A stretch of 36,723 nucleotides of DNA from positions 1 through 36,723 of the forward strand of contig JAQTTT010000001.1 of assembly GCA_028710615.1 (NCBI GenBank), read 5' to 3'. The notes beneath the pieces are model-generated. The model was given only the letters and a program-made list of their open reading frames with translations. It was not told the DNA's origin and did no database searches. The position numbers and the translations under genes are program-made. Source of the DNA: Candidatus Nanoarchaeia archaeon (lineage in GTDB: Archaea > Nanobdellota > Nanobdellia > Tiddalikarchaeales > Tiddalikarchaeaceae). Below are positions 31,460 through 36,723 of the stretch, in pieces. How positions within the stretch are numbered: position 1 is the stretch's first letter; the number at the start of each line of letters is the position of its first letter.

Positions 31460-33799
31460 TTATTTTATTTTTTTGAATAAGAATAGGGTTGGCGCTCCCA
31501 CTATTATTGCAATGAATGCGATTATTGCTAAATAATTATTTTCCTGCTCCTTTAACACATTGTATGCTGACAAGGCTTGGGGAACGCTTGATTGGGTGAG
31601 GGATGCTTGGGCTGTGAATTCATAAGGAGAAAGCGTGGCAAAAGCGTAAGTTATTTCATGGGTTTCCTTGGGGCTTAATGAATTTATTGGGCTTAAATAT
31701 TCATCGCCGTCCAATATAATTGCATCTTCTGGCAAGGGAATGGAAAGCTGGATATTTTTCAATGCTTTATCATCCAAAGGGTTTAGCGCAGTTATTGTTA
31801 ATTCATAATGGTAATAAGTCTTGCCATTTGCTTTTAGAATTGATTCAATTATTTTTGATGAAATGTTCAAAGAATTAATTATTATTTCTTCTGTTTTAGA
31901 GCTTGCTTCTTTTTGATAATCTTTTAAATAAATGCTTAAAGAGTATTCTGCCTGCTGTTTTGCGGATTTTAATTGGTTTAAATCCATTGACTCATGGTTT
32001 GCAAGCAATGCTTTTGCATTGTTTATTGCTTCAATTTCAAATAAGGACAAAAATCCTGCGAATCTGCTTAAAAATTCTATGTCTTGATTAATTATGCTTA
32101 TTTCTGCAAATGCTTGATTTTTTTCTTTCAATTCATTTTCTGCAATAAGGGATTCATTTTTGAAAGCATCAAGCTCTGAGCTTAAATCAATTATTTCTTT
32201 TTTGTAGTCAGCATTGCTTATAATATAAACTGCTGAGCTGTGCTGCATTGCCCCTTCATTTCCCGCATTATCAATGGCAGTTATTGCATAATAATATGTT
32301 TGATATCTTTGCGCGTTCAAGTCCTGCGAATGGGTTGATTCTGAGGAGACATTCATAATCATTGAAAATATTAATCCTCCTTGCCCTGCTTGCGCCCTGT
32401 AAACATGGTATCTTGAAGCGTTTTGAACCGGATTCCATGTTAGAATAACGCTTCCTAAGTCTGTTATTCTTGCCGAGAAATAATCAGTTCTTGGTGGCGG
32501 AGTGATTTTTGCATTGAATGAAACATTTTTTGAGGATATTATTCCGTAATTGTCAATGCATGAAAAAATTGCTGTGTTGTTTTCATTTTCTTTTATCACT
32601 GGCAAGCCATGAAGCTTTGAATCATTTATTGCATAATATATGTGATTTGTTGAGGTGATGTTTTCCATTCTTGCATAATGCATGCTTGCTCCATTTGAAG
32701 AGTTTGTTATGTTAAACCAGCAATAATTGACAGGAATATTTGTTGTAATGTTGAATATTGAATTTCTTGAAAAAAGGGAGCTATTTAGCGGGAAATTTAT
32801 TTCCATGTTTGCTCCGTCTATCCTGAAATCATAAATTGCTGTTTTTGGAAGAATTTCTGTTGATAATGAAGTGTTGCACAAAACATGGTAATTGCGAATC
32901 CCTGATTCATTTATTGAAATGTCTGCAATAAATATTTTAGCGGCTAAATTGCTTTCATTGAAATTCATCATTTCGCTATTATTCAATGAATATTGGCATG
33001 AATAAATTTCGTGGCTGTATTTTGAGGCATTGTATATAAAATGCGTTATGTTCCCGTATATTCCGGGAGCATTGGGGAAGAATTCTCCGTTAACTCTTGC
33101 CAAGAACGGGTATGTTGCGTTTTTTGTTTCAGAAACATTAATTGTGCCTCCGCTGCTTCCTTGCGGGTTTATGTAAAAATTTGTGTAAATGCCTGAATTG
33201 CTTATGTTGCATAATATGTCGCATCCGTCGCTTCTGTCTTCATTGCAGGAATAGCTCCATGATGTTATTGGGCCTTCATAAAATCCGTTATTGTTTGTAA
33301 TCATTGTCTCTTGATTTCCTGGGCATATGAGGGTGATATTTTGATTCTTGATTAATTCATTGTCTAATGATTTTAAATGCCCGTTTAAGCCAGTGAAATT
33401 AAAAATCGCTGTTCCCGTGTTATTGTATGTGAAATTAACTTGTGCTCCCCTGTTTGGTCCGCTGTCTCCCTGGGTGATTGCAAATGTGAAGCTGTTTATT
33501 CCATCAGGAGACACTCCTTGTTTGCTTGAATTTATAATGCATGTCGCGCTTGAAGCTGACGAGTTATAAACATCGCTTATTCCAGCAAATGAATAAAATC
33601 CTGAACTATTTGTAAGAGTGTGATGGAAAAAATTGTTAATGCTTGATGAGCAGTTAAGGGTGATGTTTATTCCAATTGCTGGAGCATTATTTGCCAAAAA
33701 AACGTATCCATCAGCATTATTATATCCATATGTTGCCGTGCTGAATCCGTGATTAATGGACAGCAAGAATACAAGCAATATTATGAAATTTTTAGCCAT
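31460..33799 (-). CDS. Large membrane-anchored surface glycoprotein (S-layer-like or adhesin) with an FN3-like domain
   Basis: Signal peptide MAKNFIILLVFLLSINHG. The C-terminal TM anchor YLAIIAFIAIIVGAPTLFLF is followed by KKIK. FN3-like segment ILTWNPVQNASRYHVYRA...YYYAITAIDNAGNEG. A coiled-coil stretch is present. I counted 30 N-x-S/T sequons. Confidence 0.7.
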   Translation of the reverse strand: MAKNFIILLVFLLSINHGFSTATYGYNNADGYVFLANNAPAIGINITLNCSSSINNFFHHTLTNSSGFYSFAGISDVYNSSASSATCIINSSKQGVSPDGINSFTFAITQGDSGPNRGAQVNFTYNNTGTAIFNFTGLNGHLKSLDNELIKNQNITLICPGNQETMITNNNGFYEGPITSWSYSCNEDRSDGCDILCNISNSGIYTNFYINPQGSSGGTINVSETKNATYPFLARVNGEFFPNAPGIYGNITHFIYNASKYSHEIYSCQYSLNNSEMMNFNESNLAAKIFIADISINESGIRNYHVLCNTSLSTEILPKTAIYDFRIDGANMEINFPLNSSLFSRNSIFNITTNIPVNYCWFNITNSSNGASMHYARMENITSTNHIYYAINDSKLHGLPVIKENENNTAIFSCIDNYGIISSKNVSFNAKITPPPRTDYFSARITDLGSVILTWNPVQNASRYHVYRAQAGQGGLIFSMIMNVSSESTHSQDLNAQRYQTYYYAITAIDNAGNEGAMQHSSAVYIISNADYKKEIIDLSSELDAFKNESLIAENELKEKNQAFAEISIINQDIEFLSRFAGFLSLFEIEAINNAKALLANHESMDLNQLKSAKQQAEYSLSIYLKDYQKEASSKTEEIIINSLNISSKIIESILKANGKTYYHYELTITALNPLDDKALKNIQLSIPLPEDAIILDGDEYLSPINSLSPKETHEITYAFATLSPYEFTAQASLTQSSVPQALSAYNVLKEQENNYLAIIAFIAIIVGAPTLFLFKKIK

Positions 33800-33837
33800 T
33801 TTAGTGAGTAATTAGGCATATGTTTTTATTTATAAAA

Positions 33838-33999
33838 TTATTGATTGCCTAATGTAAGAATGGGTATTCCCTGCTTTATTTTGTATTCTTTTTTGCATTT
33901 TTTGCATTTTAATGCATTTTTTTCAAGGGTTAATTCTTCTTTGCATTTTGGGCAGGCAAGGATTTTCAATAATTCGGCGTTAAATTTTCGTGCTGGCAT
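33838..33999 (-). CDS. trm112: Trm112-like zinc-ribbon methyltransferase activator (53 aa)
   Basis: MPARKFNAELLKILACPKCKEELTLEKNALKCKKCKKEYKIKQGIPILT matches the Trm112/UPF0434 pattern. The ATG at 33999 is preceded by GGAGG (34011-34015). The track start at 34098 would overlap the methyltransferase gene by 119 nt. Confidence 0.7.
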   Translation of the reverse strand: MPARKFNAELLKILACPKCKEELTLEKNALKCKKCKKEYKIKQGIPILTLGNQ

Positions 34000-34564
34000 A
34001 AACCTTAAACCCTCCTTTTTTAGCAAGTACTTTGGAATTTTTAAACTCTTCTTGCATGAATTTTTCAAGCCTGCTTCCCCCTTTATTGTGCCTTGCAACT
34101 ATTTGAAGAATCCCGTTTTTTTTTAAATGATTGAATGATTCTTTTATTAACTCTTGGCAAAGCTTCATTCCTGCGCTTATCGGCGGGTTGAGGCAGATGT
34201 TGTCAAATAAATTATTTATGCTTTCAAATCCGTTGCTGTCAATGATTTCAGCTTTAACCTTGTTTTCTTTAATGTTTTTTTTCATAAGCATTAATGCCCT
34301 TAAATTAATCTCGCTCATTGAAACATTTGCTCCCATTTTAAAAGCAACTATCCCTATCACTCCGTATCCGCTGCCCAAATCAAGGAATGCTTCGTTTTTT
34401 TTTATTATCATATTCTCTGCCAATAATTTTGTTGCTGTATCTATTTTTTTGGGGCTGAAAACTCCTGTGCTTGTGTGAAATGTTAAATCAAATCCCCTTA
34501 CCTTTTTTTTTATTAAATAAAATTTTAAGGGGCTTAAAGGGTTTCTTGTGTAGTAATGCTCCAT
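33980..34564 (-). CDS. MJ0882/RsmC-like small-domain class I SAM-dependent methyltransferase
   Basis: TSTGVFSPKKIDTATKLL, LDLGSGYGVIGI, CLNPPISAG and a C-terminal KKGGFKVY. As far as I recall the MJ0882 family, it is collinear with it. Confidence 0.8.
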   Translation of the reverse strand: MEHYYTRNPLSPLKFYLIKKKVRGFDLTFHTSTGVFSPKKIDTATKLLAENMIIKKNEAFLDLGSGYGVIGIVAFKMGANVSMSEINLRALMLMKKNIKENKVKAEIIDSNGFESINNLFDNICLNPPISAGMKLCQELIKESFNHLKKNGILQIVARHNKGGSRLEKFMQEEFKNSKVLAKKGGFKVYASTKI

Positions 34565-34567
34565 TAT

Positions 34568-35548
34568 TTATTCATCCTTCTCATTGTTTAAGGGAATTAT
34601 TATTTTTTTTAATTTAACGCATATTCCTTTGCTTCCTTTTATCATCTCTTCGCTGTTCATTAGCGCTGTTCCAAGCCCCATTAATTCATCTGCCAATGTG
34701 AATATTGCGATTATTTCGTTTTTTTTTATTCCTTTTGAAAGCTTCACTAATCCTGGAAGCATTAATGGGGAGCCGTTAAGCAGGGGAAGCACTGCGCCGT
34801 CGCTTACTATTACTTTTTTTAAGTGATTCACTGCGGATTCAACTGGAAGCACAATTTTTCTTAAAAGGGATTCATCCTTTTTTTCGTCATAAAGGGTTTT
34901 GGCTTCCTGCAATTCATGCAATGAATGGCTGTTTTTTTCATAAAAGCAGCTTGCTTTTGTCCTCCTTAAATCCTGCATATGCGCTTTTGTTTTTAAGTAT
35001 TCGCCAATATCTGTGCATAGTTTTCTTATGTATGTTCCTGCTTCGCATCCAACCTTGAAAAGCGCTTTTCTTGGATAAATTTCAATGGGCTCAATGTAGT
35101 AAATCTCTCTTTCTCTCCATTGCCTTTTTACATTGCTTTTAATTGGAGGCAATTGCCTGATTTTTCCTGTAAATGCCTTGAAAGCTGACAGCAAATCTTT
35201 TTTTGATACTTCTTTGTGAATGCTCATTTCGCAAACGTATTCTTTTCCTCCGAGCAAAAAAACTTCAAGAATTCGCGTGGCTTTGTTTAATCCTATTGGC
35301 AATACTCCGCTGACTCTTGGGTCAAGAGTGCCTCCATGCCCTGCTGTTTTTGCATTAAGTATTTTTTTTGCAAAATCCGCTGTTTCATGGCTCGTGGGCC
35401 CTGAAGGCTTGTCCAAGTTTATGAATCCGTATTCAAGCAATTCAGTTATGCTTCTTTTTTTCGGCTCTTTTCCTTTTCTTTTTGAAGGCTCAGATTCGTA
35501 TCTTTCAATTATTTCATTCTCTTGCTTTTCAAAAGGCAGCTTATTCAT
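34568..35548 (-). CDS. cbf5: H/ACA RNP pseudouridine synthase Cbf5 (TruB family with PUA domain)
   Basis: GFINLDKPSGPTSHE, the catalytic Asp motif GHGGTLDPRVSGVLPI, and a C-terminal PUA region VIVSDGAV...GSPLMLPG. Confidence 0.93.
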   Translation of the reverse strand: MNKLPFEKQENEIIERYESEPSKRKGKEPKKRSITELLEYGFINLDKPSGPTSHETADFAKKILNAKTAGHGGTLDPRVSGVLPIGLNKATRILEVFLLGGKEYVCEMSIHKEVSKKDLLSAFKAFTGKIRQLPPIKSNVKRQWREREIYYIEPIEIYPRKALFKVGCEAGTYIRKLCTDIGEYLKTKAHMQDLRRTKASCFYEKNSHSLHELQEAKTLYDEKKDESLLRKIVLPVESAVNHLKKVIVSDGAVLPLLNGSPLMLPGLVKLSKGIKKNEIIAIFTLADELMGLGTALMNSEEMIKGSKGICVKLKKIIIPLNNEKDE

Positions 35549-35573
35549 AATGATAATAATTAAGCTTATTGTT

Positions 35574-36215
35574 TTAAAGCTTTATTTTAGCCAAATCCCT
35601 TGAAAGAACAAATTCTTTTAAGTATGTCCACGCGCTCATATTTTTTTCATTTCCAAAGAGTTCATCTTCAAGGGTTGCGCTGTTTAAATCTGTTTTGCTT
35701 AAAAAATGCTCTGGAGCAGTGCTTGTGACTATCACTTGTTCATGCCTTATTTTATTAAATTCTTCTATTGAAATTAAAGATTCTTCTTTGTCAATAAAGG
35801 GGGCGATGTTGCTTATTGCTTCAATTATTTTCGCATCCTGTTCCGGATTATGAGAAAAAATAAGGTAATCAAGCTGCATCTTGTTTTTCGTGAATGCTAT
35901 TTTTTTTGCAATCCTTTCAATGCTGGATTCATTTATTCCTGCTAAAAGAATTATTTTTTTGTCAAGGCTATCAAATTTTTTGCAATAATGCGTTCTGCAG
36001 CCCATTGGCCTGTATTCATAGGCAAGGCAGGAATTATTATGGTAAGCCAGGCAATGGCTTTTCGCGTTTCTTTTTTCAATTAATCCGTATTTTATTTTTT
36101 CATTCTTTTCTAGGAATATTTCTTCTATTTTGGGGTCCATCCCGTAATCGCAGCAGGTTTCTTTGCATTTTTTGCATATTTTTTTCAATATTTTTTGATA
36201 AGCCTTCATTTGCAT
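35574..36215 (-). CDS. YkgJ/UPF0153-like cysteine-cluster (Zn or Fe-S) protein with an extra C-terminal domain
   Basis: CKKCKETCCDYG (CxxCx3CC) plus CLAYEYRPMGCRTHYC. About 110 further residues have no motif that I recognise. Confidence 0.6.
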   Translation of the reverse strand: MQMKAYQKILKKICKKCKETCCDYGMDPKIEEIFLEKNEKIKYGLIEKRNAKSHCLAYHNNSCLAYEYRPMGCRTHYCKKFDSLDKKIILLAGINESSIERIAKKIAFTKNKMQLDYLIFSHNPEQDAKIIEAISNIAPFIDKEESLISIEEFNKIRHEQVIVTSTAPEHFLSKTDLNSATLEDELFGNEKNMSAWTYLKEFVLSRDLAKIKL

Positions 36216-36299
36216 TTAAATTATTGGAATATTTCTTTTTATAAACATTTATCAATTTTTTAGTTAAGTTTATAAAAAGAATGTTTTTTAGTCAAAGCA

Positions 36300-36723
36300 A
36301 TGGATGCTGCTGAAAAATTTTTTAAAAAAGCGGGCTCTTATGTGGGGAGCATTTATGTTGCTGGAACTGAAATTGACAGTTTTGTTAATAAGGATGTTCT
36401 GTCAAGAAAGAAGTATCATTCTTACAGGCATTCTGCTTATGAAAATTTGGAAGTAATGAAAAAATTGCAGAATTTAAATATGAGCATAAGCGAATTTCCT
36501 GTTTATATCCTTGAAAAAGGAACTGTGTTTGAAATTCATGATTTTTTGGAAAAAGAAAAAATAAGTGATTTTTTTTTGGTGAAAATTCCGGCAAATAATC
36601 AGCAAATCGTTTTTAAGGATTGGCAGGTTGGCGCTTTTTTTGCAAAAAAAACCTATGTAATTGCCCGAGAGAGTTATGTTAACGGGCAGGGAAAAATTAT
36701 TGATGTTGAAAAAGATGTTATTT
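36300..36723 (+). CDS. Hypothetical protein; partial, runs off the window
   Basis: Hand translation from ATG 36300 (MDAAEKFFKKAGSYVGSIYVAGTEIDSF...) is open to the window end. The minus ORF 36385-36594 is its shadow. Confidence 0.45.
   Translation, partial: MDAAEKFFKKAGSYVGSIYVAGTEIDSFVNKDVLSRKKYHSYRHSAYENLEVMKKLQNLNMSISEFPVYILEKGTVFEIHDFLEKEKISDFFLVKIPANNQQIVFKDWQVGAFFAKKTYVIARESYVNGQGKIIDVEKDVI

Noticed and set aside
30600-31460. Integrated mobile element at tRNA-Ser (small hypothetical genes plus a large surface protein flank the tRNA)
   Set aside because: The window has no integrase, transposase or phage-like gene. I could not spot a duplicated tRNA 3' segment (att-like direct repeat) by eye. 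The evidence for an island is insufficient.
1-36723. CRISPR arrays, rRNA genes, inteins, tRNA introns
   Set aside because: No regularly spaced direct repeats were seen. There are no rRNA-like GC-rich structured regions. Ligase, GatE, GluRS, Elp3 and FtsZ have normal lengths and uninterrupted motifs. Both tRNAs fold without introns.

Overview
This is a low-GC, very gene-dense archaeal chromosome segment. I hand-counted typical coding stretches at about 35% G+C and intergenic DNA at about 20-25%. All calls come from reading the ORF translations and the DNA by eye; no searches were run.

Archaeal hallmarks:
- FtsZ, TFB, Cbf5, Elp3 and an ATP-dependent DNA ligase.
- A GluRS-GatD-GatE cluster for indirect Gln-tRNA formation.
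- Two tRNA genes without encoded CCA.
- TATA boxes about 27-30 nt upstream of start codons.
- An archaeal pilin-type signal peptide.

The compact layout, the salvage-type enzymes and the giant surface proteins suggest a DPANN-like episymbiont. That taxonomic call is inference.

Beyond housekeeping genes, these loci stand out:
1. A tight minus-strand operon at 21529-26761. It combines an extracytoplasmic double-thioredoxin/CcdA-like membrane protein, a stand-alone GcvH, an AhpD-like CxxC protein, a Nox/CoADR-type flavoprotein, an atypical LplA-like protein and a secreted DNase I-like nuclease. I read it as a candidate lipoyl-protein-based redox relay.
2. A 656-aa Lys-rich protein with two nucleotidyltransferase-fold regions (a Pol-beta-type GS..DxD motif plus a RelA/SpoT-like C-terminus). 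Two zinc-finger micro-ORFs missing from the track and a T10 terminator follow it (26858-29231).
3. A 929-aa pilin-signal surface protein with three Cys-rich CCG..FYN..HFC modules and an internal GC-rich island.
4. A 4xCBS protein fused to an HPF/RaiA-like C-terminal domain.
5. A PspC / membrane protein / toast-rack-like envelope-stress triad.

I saw no CRISPR array, transposase, integrase or rRNA.
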